Source: Nitrospirota bacterium
GTDB taxonomy: Bacteria > Nitrospirota > UBA9217
Direction of reading: 5' to 3'
Length of the DNA: 64,000 bases
Assembly (NCBI GenBank): GCA_963741205.1
Contig: CAVUHW010000027.1
Coordinates: 1-64,000 of the forward strand
Position 1 is the first letter of the stretch; each line of letters opens with the position of its first letter. The notes under the pieces were generated by a model that made no database searches, was not told the origin of the DNA, and saw only the letters and a list, made by a program, of their open reading frames with translations. This document shows positions 11,702-27,254 of the stretch, piece by piece. The translations under genes were made by a program, and so were the position numbers.

Positions 11702-13178
11702 ATGAAACCATGGCCGAAACATCCTGTCATCTACGAGATCAATACCTGGGTATGGCTGCGTGAGCTCGGCCGGAAATACCGGAAGCCGGTGAATCTCGCC
11801 ACGGTCCCCGAGCAGGAGTGGGATGCCATCGCTGCTCATGGGTTTGACGCCGTCTGGTTCATGGGGGTGTGGGAGCGGAGCCCTGCCGGGATCGGGATCT
11901 CCATGCGAAACAAGGGGCTCCTCGAGGATTTCAAGAGAGCCCTCCCTGACTTTTCAGCGCAGGACAATGTGGGGTCGCCCTACTGCGTGCGGCGCTACGT
12001 TGTCGACGAACATCTCGGCGGTCCGAAGGGACTTGCAGCAGCCCGGAAAGCTCTCGCAAAGCGCGGCATTCGTCTCGTCCTCGATTTCGTGCCGAACCAT
12101 GTCGCTCCGGACCACCCCTGGGCCAGCGATCATCCTGAATACTTCGTTCAGGGGAGCGCTGATGATGCGAGGAACGATCCGGCGTCCTTCATCGAGGCGG
12201 GAGGGAAGGTGTTTGCCTGCGGCCGGGATCCCTATTTCCCTGCCTGGCCCGATGTGCTCCAACTCAACGCCTTTCAGCCGGGGCTCCGGCAGGCAGTGAT
12301 CGATACTGTTTCAAACATTGCCGGACAGTGTGACGGAATCCGGTGCGACATGGCCATGCTCATGCTGAACAACAGTTTTCGAGCGCACCTGGGGGGGCCG
12401 TGCGGGAGCAAAACCGGTCAACGACTACTGGACGACGGTCATCCCGGCAATCAAACAGAAACATCGGGAGTTCAAGTTCATCGCCGAGGCATACTGGGAC
12501 CTTGAGTGGGAACTGCAGCAGCAGGGTTTCGATCACTGCTACGACAAGAAGCTCTATGACCGGATGGAACACGGCGATGCCGAGAGCGTGCGTCAGCACC
12601 TCCTTGCGGATCCATCCTACCAGAAGGGGATGGTCCGGTTCATCGAGAACCATGACGAGCCCAGGGCCGCTGCCGCGTTTCCGGACGGAAAAGGGCGCGC
12701 CGCAGCAGTGGCGGTCCTCACCCTCACCGGGGCAAAGCTGCTGCATGAGGGGCAATTCGAGGGAAGGAAGGTCAGGTTGCCGGTCTTTCTGGGCCGTCGC
12801 CCGGAGGAACAGGTTGATCATGACCTCGCGGCCTTCTACGAACGTCTGCTGAAAGAGACCGGACGTGATGTTTTCCGGAATGGTAAATGGCGCCTCTGCG
12901 AGCGGAGCGGCTGGCCCGATAATCAGAGCTTCCTGAACATTCTGGCCTGGTGCTGGGTCAACGAGAATGAGCGCTTCCTCATCGTCATCAATTTCGGGAA
13001 GTCGACTGCCCAGGCGCGCGTCCAGGTTCCGTGGGACGAACTCCGCGGTAAGACGTGGCACCTCATCGATGTGCTGTCCGGCGAGACCTATGACCGGAGC
13101 GGAGACGAGATGCGGGACGCCGGCCTGTACGTGGACCTGAAGCCGTGGCAATACCACTTGTTCCAGGTGCGCACTTGA
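11702..13178 (+). CDS. GH13 alpha-amylase-family glycosidase (indel near 12380)
   Basis: HPVIYEINTWVW, LDFVPNH (region I), DGIRCDMA (region II), FIAEAYW (region III), RFIENHDEPR (region IV). Confidence 0.9.
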
Positions 13179-13196
13179 GACGGAGGAAGGAAGATC

Positions 13197-16006
13197 ATGG
13201 CTGATCGGAAGATCATCGACGTCGCGGAGCAGAAGCGGCTGAACGACGCGCGCGAGGCCGGGATACCCTGGAAGAAGTGGGGGCCTTACCTCAGCGAGCG
13301 CCAGTGGGGGACCGTGCGCGAGGACTACAGCGAGGGGGGCGACGCCTGGAATTTCTTCACCCACGATCATGCCCGTTCGCGCGCCTACCGCTGGGGCGAG
13401 GACGGAATCGCCGGCATCTCCGACGACAAGCAGCGGCTCTGCTTCGCCCTTGCCCTGTGGAACGGGAAGGACGCCATCCTGAAGGAGCGGCTCTTCGGGC
13501 TCACCAACAGCGAGGGCAACCACGGCGAGGACGTGAAGGAGTATTACTTCTATCTCGACAGCACGCCGACGCACTCGTACATGAAGTACCTCTACAAGTA
13601 TCCCCAGGCGGCCTATCCCTATGCCGACCTGGTAGAGACAAACCGTCGACGCACCCGGGACGAGATGGAGTATGAGCTCCTCGACACCGGTGTCTTCAAC
13701 GACGACCGGTACTTCGACGTCTTTGTGGAGTACGCCAAGGGCGGCGCCGAGGACATCCTCGTCAAGATCACGGCCATAACCGCGGGCCGGAGGCTGCGGA
13801 GCTGCACCTCCTGCCCACGCTCTGGTTCCGGAACGACTGGGCGGATTGGATCACCGAATCCAACAGGGCCGCCGGGAGACCGGACCTCAGGCAGATCAAG
13901 AGCAGCGGCGGGCACGAGCGCGGTCGAAGCCACGCATTCGCTGCTTGGTGAATTCATCCTTTCCTGCGAAGGAGAGGTGCCGCTGCTCTTCACCGAGAAC
14001 TCGACGAACTACGAAAGACTCTTTCCCGGCCAGCACAATTCTACCCCGTACGTCAAGGACGGCATTAACAACTGCGTGGTGGAGGGCAACAAGGCTGCGG
14101 TGAACCCGGCACAGCAGGGCACCAAAGTTGCGGCTCACTACAAACTCAATATAGGCTCCTGGTCAGTCACAAGTGATTCGCCTGCGGCTCGCAAAGACCC
14201 CCCCTAAATCCCGGGGGGATTTAGGGGTATCTCCTGATAATGCCGGGCATGGTACGGCCGCGAACTTTGGCGATGCCTTTCGGGCCGGAGTTCGAAGCGA
14301 TCTTTGCATCACGGCTCAAGGAAGCTGACGAGTTCTATCGTTCGGTAATCCCGCCCTCGGTCTCGCCGGACGCAGCCAGCGTGATGCGCCAGGCCATCGC
14401 CGGCATGCTCTGGAGCAAGCAGTTCTTCTTCTTCGACGGCGACAGCTGGCTGGAGGAGCACCACTCCCATCCCCTCCATCACGGATACCGATTATCCCGG
14501 AACTCGGAGTGGTACCATATGCTGAACGAGGACATCATCTCCATGCCCGACAAGTGGGAGTACCCCTGGTTCGCTGCCTGGGACCTTGCGTTCCATACAC
14601 TCCCGCTCTCTATCGTGGACCCCGATTTCGCCAAACAGCAGATGGAGCTGATGCTTCGCGGCGTCTACCTGCACCCCAGCGGCCAGATGCCTGCGTACGA
14701 GTGGAACTTCAGCGATGTGAACCCCCCGGTCCACGCCTGGGCGACGCTCTTCCTGCACCGCACCGAGCAGGCCCTGCGCGGCGAGACGGATGTGGACTTT
14801 CTCAAATCGGCGTTCAACAAGCTGCTGCTGAACTTCACCTGGTGGGTGAACCGCAAGGACCGGTTCGGCAAGAACGTGTTCGAGGGCGGCTTCCTCGGCC
14901 TCGACAACATCGGCGTCTTCGACCGCAGCGCCCCGCTGCCTACGGGCGGCCACCTGGAGCAGGCGGACGGGACGGCCTGGATGGCCCTCTTCAGCCAGAA
15001 CATGCTGGAACTCGCCTTCGAGCTCGCCGTCCACGACCGCACTTACGAAGACATGGTCGTGAAGTTCGCCGAGCACTTCAGCTTCATCGCCGCGGCCATG
15101 AACCGTCCCGGTCAGGATGGCATGTGGGACTTCGAGGACGGCTTCTACTACGACATCTTGCGTCTCCCCGACGGCAGCGCGACGCGGCTCAAGGTCCGCT
15201 CTATGGTGGGGCTCCTGCCCCTCTGCGCCACCACGGTCATCGAAGAGTCGGCCCGGGAGCGCATTCCAGGGGCGATGGACCAGCTCTCTGAACGTCTGCG
15301 CCGGATGCCCGGGCTGATGAAGTCCATTCACCCCACGGGCCCGGGACACTTCGGCAAGGCGGACCGCGGGCTCCTGGCACTGGTCAATGCGGACCGGCTG
15401 CGCCGGATCCTTACGAAGATGCTCGACGAGAACGAGTTTCTGGGCCCCTACGGCATCCGCTCGCTCTCGAAGTTCCACGAACAGCACCCGTACGTTTTCC
15501 AGGTGCAAGGTCAGGAGTACCGGGTGGACTACCTGCCTGCCGAGTCGAATACCGGCATGTTCGGCGGCAACTCCAACTGGCGCGGTCCGGTCTGGATGCC
15601 GGTGAACGCGCTCATCATCCGGGCGCTGCAGAATTTCTACCTGTACTACGGCGACAACTTCAAGATCGAATGCCCCACGGGTTCAGGGAAGATGATGAAC
15701 CTCTACGAGGTGAGCAAGGAGATAGCCGACCGGCTGACCAAAATATTTCTGAGGGATAAACAGGGCAAGCGACCTGTCTATGGCGGGACCGAGAAGTTCC
15801 AGGCCGATCCCCATTGGCGCGACCACATCCTCTTCTACGAATACTTCCATGGCGACAACGGCGCCGGCCTGGGCGCAAGCCATCAGACCGGCTGGACCGG
15901 CCTTGTGGCCAAGATGATCCAGCTTTATGGCCTCCTGGATCCTAAGAAGATGCTGAAAGGGGGCAAGGGTTCCGCCTTCCTGAAGGGCGCCCCGGGCGCC
16001 GGGTAG
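13197..16006 (+). CDS. MGH1-like / GH63-related glucosidase, copy 2 (indels near 13778, 14160 and 14270)
   Basis: Same motifs as copy 1, with long near-identical nucleotide stretches; carries an extra segment at about 14195-14270. Confidence 0.88.
14201..14227. repeat. Perfect 12-bp inverted repeat inside the glucosidase copy 2 coding region
   Basis: cccctaaatccc-ggg-gggatttagggg; absent from copy 1. Confidence 0.8.
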
Positions 16007-16016
16007 GAATGAAGAA

Positions 16017-16072
16017 ATGAGAACATGGTCCGGCCACCCTGTCAGGCTGCCGGTCTTTTTAGGCCATCGCCT
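16017..16072 (+). pseudogene. Collapsed relic of a second GH13 gene (N-terminal 9 codons fused to an internal segment)
   Basis: MRTWSGHPV-RLPVFLGHR matches GH13 MKPWPKHPV (11702) and VRLPVFLGRR (12771). Confidence 0.75.
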
Positions 16073-16150
16073 ATACTCCAATGACAAGGAATCAACGATC
16101 GTATATATAAGAACGGTCCAAAGAAAAAACAGGAAATGTGGGGGATGAAT

Positions 16151-17469
16151 ATGAAAACAAACGGCTCATGGAGATACGCGGTAATAGGGCTTGCGGTTAT
16201 TTGCATGATTTTGCCGGCTCCAATATTCGCTCAGGAGGAGCCCGAAAAGGTGTTCAAACAGGAGGAACTGGAACAGCTGCTGGCGCCCATCGCGCTGTAC
16301 CCCGACAACATCCTGACTCAGATCTTCATAGCCTCGACCTATCCCCTCGAGATCGTGCAGGCGGAGCGGTGGCTGAAGCAGAACAAGGACCTGAAAGGTG
16401 ACGCCATGAACGCAGCCCTGGAGAAACAATCCTGGGACGACAGTGTGAAAGCGCTTGTCCCGTTTCCCACCGTTCTCACCATGATGAGCGAAAAGCTCGA
16501 CTGGACCCAGAAACTGGGCGATGCGTTCCTGGCGCAGCAGAAAGACGTCATGGACACGGCGCAACGATTGCGTCGGAAGGCGGTGGAGTCGGGTAATCTG
16601 AAAAGCTCAAAGGAGCAAGAGGTGAAGACGGAAGGTGACATCATCATTATTCAGCCCGCCGACCCGCAAGTGATCTATGTTCCAACCTACAACCCCACGG
16701 TGGTTTACGGACCATGGCCGTACCCGGCCTATCCGCCCTATCCGGTTTATGTGTACCCGCCTCCATACGCTGCATTCACATTCACGATGGGGATCGCCAT
16801 TGGTGCGGCCTGGCACGGGGGGTACTACCACAACAACTGGCATGGGGGAACGGTTGTTGTGAGTCGGCCTGTATATCCTGCTGGAGGAAGGCCTGGCGGG
16901 CCTGGAGGACCTGGTGGTCCTGGTGGCCTGGAGGTCCCGGTGGCCCTGGCGGCCCTGGAGGACCTGGAGGTCCTGGCGGGCCTGGAGGACCTGGAAAGCC
17001 TGGAGGACCTGGTGGCCCCGGAGGACCTGGAAAGCCTGGCGGACCTGGAGAACCTGGAGGAGGCGGACCCAAGGCAGAGCAATGGAAGCACAACCCGGAG
17101 CACCGGCAAGGGGTTTCCTACCGCGACAATGCCACACGCGACAAGTATTCCCCGACAGACCGTGCCGGCGTGGACAACCGGATGAACTCCCGGGGGTATG
17201 ACAAGTCCGGGGCAGGAGTGTCCGATCGGACTTCAGGCAGGCAACCGGCCCAGGGGCAGGACAGAACGTCTAATCGAACAGGTTCTGGAGCCACGAGTCG
17301 GGACAACGCCTTTGGAGGGATGGATCGCGGGGGACAGGTGAACCGGGAAAGTGCGAGAGGCCACCAGAGCATGTCTTCGGCCCAGTCCCGCGGCGGAGGG
17401 GCCTCCCGGCCTTCCGGGGGTGCGTCGCGCGGGGGCGGCGGGAGAGGCGGAGGCGGGAGAGGCCGCTGA
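16151..17469 (+). CDS. DUF3300 (YacH-like) secreted protein with PGG repeats and a Gly/Arg-rich tail (indel near 16927)
   Basis: Signal peptide; [53 protein letters not shown]; [15 protein letters not shown] after the repeat. Confidence 0.9.
16892..17061 (+). repeat. Coding tandem repeat, 19 x 9 nt, (Pro-Gly-Gly/Lys/Glu)n
   Basis: Units ccyggnggn with variable third positions; the fourth unit is 1 nt short, which causes the frameshift. Confidence 0.9.
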
Positions 17470-17502
17470 CAGGATTCAAGAGAGATAACATTCCGTCAAG
17501 TC

Positions 17503-18480
17503 ATGAATAAGAAATCATCGATGGAGGACAGATCCATGTATATATTTCGAATGAGATATCCGTCAGCCTCGGTTCTTCTGAGCTGTGTGCTTGCCCTGCT
17601 TGTTGTCGTGATGTTCCAGGGAACTGCGCCGGCAGCACAAGCAAAACAGAAAACCTTCGAGACCCCGGAAGCAGCCGTAGGAGCCCTGGTTCAGGCCCTT
17701 CGCGACAACAATGAAAAGGAGCTTCTTGCCCTATTAGGACCCGGCAGCGCAGCGTTGATATCATCAGGGGATGAGGCGAAAGACAGGGAGCAGAGCGCTA
17801 AATTCATCAGGTATTATGATGAGAAGAACCGCCTGGAGAATATAGGAGACAAAAAAATAATTCTCCACGTGGGGAACGATGACTGGCCGTTCCCGATCCC
17901 GATCGTGACGACCGGCAAGAACTGGCGCTTCGACACGAGGCTGGGCAAGGAAGAAATCCTCAGCCGCCGGATCGGGAGGAATGAACTGTCCGCCATCCAG
18001 ACCTGCCTGGCTATCGTCGATGCTCAGCGGGAGTATGCGACTATGGACCGTGAGGGCGACGGCCTGCTGAAATATGCGCAGAAGTTCCGTAGTGACAAGG
18101 GCAAGAAGGACGGTCTGTACTGGGAGGCGGCACCAGGGGAAAAACCGAGCCCGCTCGGTCCGCTTATTGCAAAGGCCCAGAGCAAAGGCTATCAGAAAGA
18201 GAAAAAGCCTTTGCCTTATAATGGTTACTTCTTCCGGATGCTGACGGCACAGGGCAAGGATGCCCGTGGCGGAGCATACAGCTATCTCGTGAAAGGCAAA
18301 ATGATCGGTGGATTTGCGCTTGTAGCATACCCGGCTTCATACGGCAACTCCGGTGTGAAGACATTTATTGTGAACCACGAAGGCGTTGTGTATGAGAAAG
18401 ACCTTGGACCGAAGACGGCGGAGAATGCAAAGGCCATGAAGGCCTTCAACCCGGATAAGACATGGGAGAAGTCTGAATAG
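17503..18480 (+). CDS. DUF2950 family protein
   Basis: QKTFETPEAAV, VGNDDWPFPIPIV, EEILSRRIGRNEL, DGLYWE, SPLGPL, GFALVAYPASYGNSGVKTFIVN, FNPDKTW; usual neighbour of DUF3300. Confidence 0.92.
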   Translation: MNKKSSMEDRSMYIFRMRYPSASVLLSCVLALLVVVMFQGTAPAAQAKQKTFETPEAAVGALVQALRDNNEKELLALLGPGSAALISSGDEAKDREQSAKFIRYYDEKNRLENIGDKKIILHVGNDDWPFPIPIVTTGKNWRFDTRLGKEEILSRRIGRNELSAIQTCLAIVDAQREYATMDREGDGLLKYAQKFRSDKGKKDGLYWEAAPGEKPSPLGPLIAKAQSKGYQKEKKPLPYNGYFFRMLTAQGKDARGGAYSYLVKGKMIGGFALVAYPASYGNSGVKTFIVNHEGVVYEKDLGPKTAENAKAMKAFNPDKTWEKSE

Positions 18481-18607
18481 GCGGGAACGGACGGGGAAGG
18501 AGCAACGATGACCACTGGGAATAGCTCAATTCCCGGCTAACATCTGTGGTTAACGGATATTCCGCGAATCCGGCACAGGGTGGCATTGCTAACGCCGGCA
18601 GAGCAGG

Positions 18608-19132
18608 TCAAAAGGCAATGGCAAAGATGATCTCCGGGTACGTATCGCTACAGGACTTATATATCGCTTCGTCGCAAGAGAGATATTTCTCATAGACCGC
18701 CCCCGCTCCGAAGTAGCTTCCCCGTCCGGACACAAAATAGATGCCGGCGCGGCCGCCCACGGAATTGAGGTCGCTGTTGTTCTCGATCATCGTCCGTCGG
18801 TAGAAAGCGCCGACATACGGCCTGATCGCGCCGTTAACGGGCACGACGTACCGGACCGCAGGGCTGATCTTGAAGATGCCAGGGGACGCGCCAAACCAGG
18901 ACTCGGCGTCGAGGCCAAGCTCAAGACCCTGTAAGAGGTAATAGCCGAATCCGACGCCGACGATGACATAGGACTCGTTGAAGGCATAGCCGTTTCCCAC
19001 AAGGACCGAGAGCCGCATGGTGCCGTCGGCGAAGGGGTCCCGGTCTGCCGCATGCGCGGGCAGCGCCGCAGATGCGAGCAGCAAATGAAGCGCGAGAATC
19101 AGCATACTGGTCCGGATCGTTATGATAAGCAT
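18608..19132 (-). CDS. Small outer-membrane beta-barrel protein
   Basis: Signal peptide (AHA), amphipathic strands, C-terminal IIFAIAF; RBS ggaggt upstream on the minus strand. Confidence 0.75.
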   Translation of the reverse strand: MLIITIRTSMLILALHLLLASAALPAHAADRDPFADGTMRLSVLVGNGYAFNESYVIVGVGFGYYLLQGLELGLDAESWFGASPGIFKISPAVRYVVPVNGAIRPYVGAFYRRTMIENNSDLNSVGGRAGIYFVSGRGSYFGAGAVYEKYLSCDEAIYKSCSDTYPEIIFAIAF

Positions 19133-19190
19133 CGGTATCTACCTCCAGGAGAGAATGGCAGCATCATGCCGCAGTTTGCCGATAGAAATT

Positions 19191-19219
19191 ATTATAGGGG
19201 AGCGGGACGATAAAGACAA
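19191..19219 (-). promoter_or_regulatory. Sigma70-type promoter for 18608-19132
   Basis: Minus strand TTGTCT-17 bp-TATAAT. Confidence 0.55.
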
Positions 19220-19260
19220 GTGCTCATTCACCCGGTTGTCGATGAACATGTCCATCCCTG

Positions 19261-19269
19261 TGCTATAAT
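19261..19269 (+). promoter_or_regulatory. Extended -10 promoter for the AI-2E transporter
   Basis: TGCTATAAT (TGnTATAAT) about 120 bp upstream of 19387. Confidence 0.5.
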
Positions 19270-19386
19270 GTGGTTATTATTTCACAAAGAACGAGTCGAA
19301 TAAAAAGCCTTGACGCAGGACGTCGGCGTGACTTCGACGAACGCAGTCACGCTGCCTGAGCGTGCAGACAAAGGAGAAATCGGCTT

Positions 19387-20475
19387 ATGCGACCCACGCT
19401 TCCTGTCTCCCGTGACATCACCCATACGACCCTTGCGGTGATCTGCATCGGAATACTTATTGCATCAAGCTTCTGGATTATGCGCCCTTTCCTGATGTCC
19501 CTTATCTGGGCATCTTTGATCGTTATCGCTACATGGCCGGCAATGGTAAAGCTCCAGGCGCGGCTGAGAGGAAGGCGGGGCCTTGCCGTGGCAATTATGA
19601 CGGTTTCGATCCTGCTTATTGTTCTCATCCCCTTGACGCTGGCTGTTCTCACGATCGTCGATCATGCGGGCGAAATCGTCGCTCGAATCAAATCACTTTC
19701 CACGCTGACCCTGCCACCGCCGCCGGAATGGCTCAAACGCATTCCCGTTGCAGGTGAAAAACTCGTCGCACGATGGAACGAGGTTATCGCTCTCAGCTCT
19801 GAAGAGCGGTCGGCGCTGCTGGCTCCTTACACGAAGGACGTACTGCAGTGGTTCATTGCACAGGCCGGCAGCATCGGCGTAATCGTGCTGCAGTTTTTAT
19901 TGACAACGATTATAGCGGCGATCATGTATGCGAATGGAGAGATCGTGAGGGAAGGGGTGCTGAATTTTGCGAGACGACTGGCAGGACCGCAGGGAGAAGC
20001 GGCTGCCATTCTTGCCGGTAAGGCGATTCGGGGCGTGGCTCTGGGGATCGTTTTGACGGCGGTCATGCAGGCGGCCCTGGGGGGAACTGGCCTGGCCATC
20101 AGCGGTGTTCCAGGTGCGTCGCTTCTGACTGCTGTCATGTTCATGCTCTGTCTGGCTCAGGTCGGTCCGGCCCTGGTGCTTATCCCGGCGGTGATTTGGC
20201 TCTACTGGAAAGGCAGCGCACTTTGGGGAACCGTCCTGCTCGTTTTCTCGATCTTAGCCGTAACGCTCGATAATTTTGTTCGTCCCGTTCTCATCAAAAA
20301 AGGAGCAGACCTTCCGTTGGTGATGATCTTCGCGGGAGTGATCGGCGGTCTCGTCGCATTTGGTGTTATTGGACTCTTCATCGGTCCGGTGGTGCTTGCG
20401 GTCACCTATACGCTACTCAAGGCATGGGTGACGGGGAATATCCAGGAGGACGAGACAGAAACAAGTACGGAGTAA
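19387..20475 (+). CDS. ydiK: AI-2E family transporter (YdiK-like)
   Basis: RDITHTTLAV, IATWP, TLDNFVRPVLIKKGADLP, GVIGGLVAFGVIGLFIGPVVLAV; multiple TM segments. Confidence 0.88.
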   Translation: MRPTLPVSRDITHTTLAVICIGILIASSFWIMRPFLMSLIWASLIVIATWPAMVKLQARLRGRRGLAVAIMTVSILLIVLIPLTLAVLTIVDHAGEIVARIKSLSTLTLPPPPEWLKRIPVAGEKLVARWNEVIALSSEERSALLAPYTKDVLQWFIAQAGSIGVIVLQFLLTTIIAAIMYANGEIVREGVLNFARRLAGPQGEAAAILAGKAIRGVALGIVLTAVMQAALGGTGLAISGVPGASLLTAVMFMLCLAQVGPALVLIPAVIWLYWKGSALWGTVLLVFSILAVTLDNFVRPVLIKKGADLPLVMIFAGVIGGLVAFGVIGLFIGPVVLAVTYTLLKAWVTGNIQEDETETSTE

Positions 20476-20781
20476 AAGGCTCTTCGAAGCAGGTATGAGC
20501 GCGGGCCATAGCACGTTTTTCGGATCAATCCGCAAGGTAAGCACGCAGCAATCAGCCGCGAGGAATGTCCACGCCGGAATTCGTCTCATTATATGTCATT
20601 CGTGTTTCTGCTTCAGTGTTATCCGCATTTACATATTTCCCGATCCGCCGCGTTTCAATCTCGGGGTTGACCGTTTGGCGATCAGGTTGGCGTCAGAGAG
20701 CTTCCTGATCATTGCTGCGTGCCCGGCGGCTGTTTGATGGTCCTTCGTCTCGCGTGCATGATGAGGACATGGATATGACTA

Positions 20782-25194
<4,413 letters not shown>

Positions 25195-25198
<4 letters not shown>

Positions 25199-26364
25199 AG
25201 GACCTCTCCGACTGCAGGGTGTTAATCGTGGACGACGTCAGAGCCAACGTCGACATGCTGGTCGAGGGGCTGAAGTCCGATCACAAGCTCAGCCTCGCGT
25301 TGAACGGCGAGACGGCGCTCCAAATCGCCGCGCGCACACCGCCCGACCTCGTGCTGCTCGACATCATGATGCCCGGCCTGGACGGGTATGAAGTGTGCCG
25401 CCGCCTGCGCCGGATGCCGGAGACGGCCGAGGTGCCGATCATGTTCCTCTCCTCGCTCGAAGACGTACAGGACAAGACGCGCGGGTTCGAGGCGGGAGCG
25501 AACGATTACCTTACCAAGCCGTTCGAGATGCTGGAGGTGAAGGCGCGCGTACGGTCGCTGCTCAAGGCCAAGGCCTACAGCGACGCGGTGAAGGAGCAGA
25601 TGGCCAGCGAACTGCGCGTGGCCCGTGAGATCCAGATGGGGATGCTGCCGCACGATTTTGGCTGGATGGAGCCGGCCTACGGCGTCGAGTTCGGCGCCGT
25701 GCTCGAGCCGGCCCGTGAAGTGGGCGGCGACCTCTACGGCGTCTGCGCGGCAGCAAAGGACCGGCTGGTGGTGTTCCTCGGCGACGTTTCGGGCAAGGGC
25801 ATTCCGGCCTCGATGTTCATGGTGCGGGCTGTCAGCCTGGCGCGCCTGCTCTCACGGGAGATCGTCGAACCTGAGCGTATCCTCGCGCGGCTGAACGATG
25901 AACTGGCGGTGGACAATCCCTCCGGCATGTTCGTGACATTCCTGTGCGCAGTCTACGAACCGGACAGCAGACGGCTCACCCTGGCAAATGCCGGACATTG
26001 CCGGCCGGTGCTTCTCCGAAAAGACGAACCGCCGCGCTGGGCCGTCAAGAACCTCGGCACTGCCCTCGGCTTCGAAACAGGCCTCGCGTTCGAACGCACA
26101 GAGCTGAGACTAAGTCCCGGCGACGTAATGGTATTTTACACGGACGGCGTGAGCGAAGCGTTCAACTCTCAGGCCGAATGTTACGGCAACGAGCGGCTCC
26201 TCGCCGACACGGGGACATTAGCCGGCCAATCAGCGCCCGCCATCACCGCAGGTTTGCACGGGAAAGTGCTCGCCTTTGCCGGAAGCGCGCCCCAGTCCGA
26301 TGACATCGCAATCCTGACGCTTCGATTCGGCAGCCGATCCGCGGGAACGGCAGGCCGCATATGA
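25195..26364 (+). CDS. Response regulator with SpoIIE/PP2C phosphatase output (RsbU/HsbR-like)
   Basis: REC (IVDD, LLDIMMP, TKP) plus VGGDLY, GDVSGKG, YTDGVSE, DDIAIL. Confidence 0.92.
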
Positions 26365-26795
26365 CCCTGGAATTGCATGCTACGCCGGAAGAAGTCATGC
26401 GCGCAGTAGCGGCCTTGCAGCAGGTCTGCCGGGAGCTCCGGATCTCCGATCCGGTTATTTTCGCGCTGGCGCTGGCGCTCGAGGAATGCTGCAGCAACAT
26501 CGTCAACCACGCATTACAGCGTGATGCCCGGCAGACGTTCCGCGTTACCTTTTCGCATACCAATAACGCAATGGTCATTGAACTGCGAGACGGCGGCCCG
26601 GAGTTCGATCCGACGCTGGTACCCGTGGCAGAGACAAAGGAGATCGAAGACGACCGTCGGATCGGGGGTTGGGGAATGGAGCTCGTTCGCCGCTCCGTCG
26701 ACGAGATACGCTACCGGCGGGAAGGCGACGAGAACGTGCTGTTCCTTACCAAACGGCTGGGCACGCCGAAGGGCGATCCTTTGGCGCCCGCATGA
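26361..26795 (+). CDS. Anti-sigma-factor-type Ser kinase (RsbW-like HATPase_c_2)
   Basis: LEECCSNIVNHA, DGGPEFDP, IGGWGMELVR. Confidence 0.88.
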   Translation: MTLELHATPEEVMRAVAALQQVCRELRISDPVIFALALALEECCSNIVNHALQRDARQTFRVTFSHTNNAMVIELRDGGPEFDPTLVPVAETKEIEDDRRIGGWGMELVRRSVDEIRYRREGDENVLFLTKRLGTPKGDPLAPA

Positions 26796-26835
26796 TGACA
26801 TGACCGGAATTCAATTTCAAGGAGGAATACGAACT

Positions 26836-27223
26836 ATGCCGCTCGATATCCAGATCCTGCAGAACATCGCTTCCAAGAAGGCCGCTTCCATCACGGTAAA
26901 ACTTGCCGGCAGTCTCGATACTGCCACCGCTCCCGAGCTGGAGCGTAAACTCACACCGGTGCTGGCGCGTCCGGTCGACGACATTGTGTTTGACCTGGCC
27001 GGGCTGAAGTTCGTCAGCAGTGCCGGTCTGCAGGGTCTTCTCGATGGTGCGCAAACAACTCAAGGAGCGGGGAGGCCAGGCCGCGTTTATCAACATGCAG
27101 CCTCAGATCAACGAGGTGTTCGAGATCATCAAGGCGCTTCCCGGAGTGAACATATTCAGGGACCTTGCCGAGTTCGATGCGTACATCGCAGCCCGGCAGC
27201 GCAAGCACGAAGAGGGCGAGTAG
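26836..27223 (+). CDS. STAS anti-sigma-factor antagonist (one extra base near 27032)
   Basis: RBS ggagga; LAGSLDTATAPELE, FDLAGLKFVSSAGL, then RVF..QPQINEVFEI in the next frame. Confidence 0.88.
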
Positions 27224-27254
27224 AGAAAAACAGCTGAAAGAGGAGCGTCTGACA

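Noticed and set aside
16892-17061. Tandem repeat as a CRISPR array or collagen
   Set aside because: The units are 9 nt, have no spacers and lie inside a CDS, and no cas genes are present. PGG is far more Gly-rich than typical triple-helix Gly-X-Y.
20495-20737. 80-aa ORF or structured RNA before the kinase operon
   Set aside because: No recognisable protein motif, RBS or riboswitch consensus.
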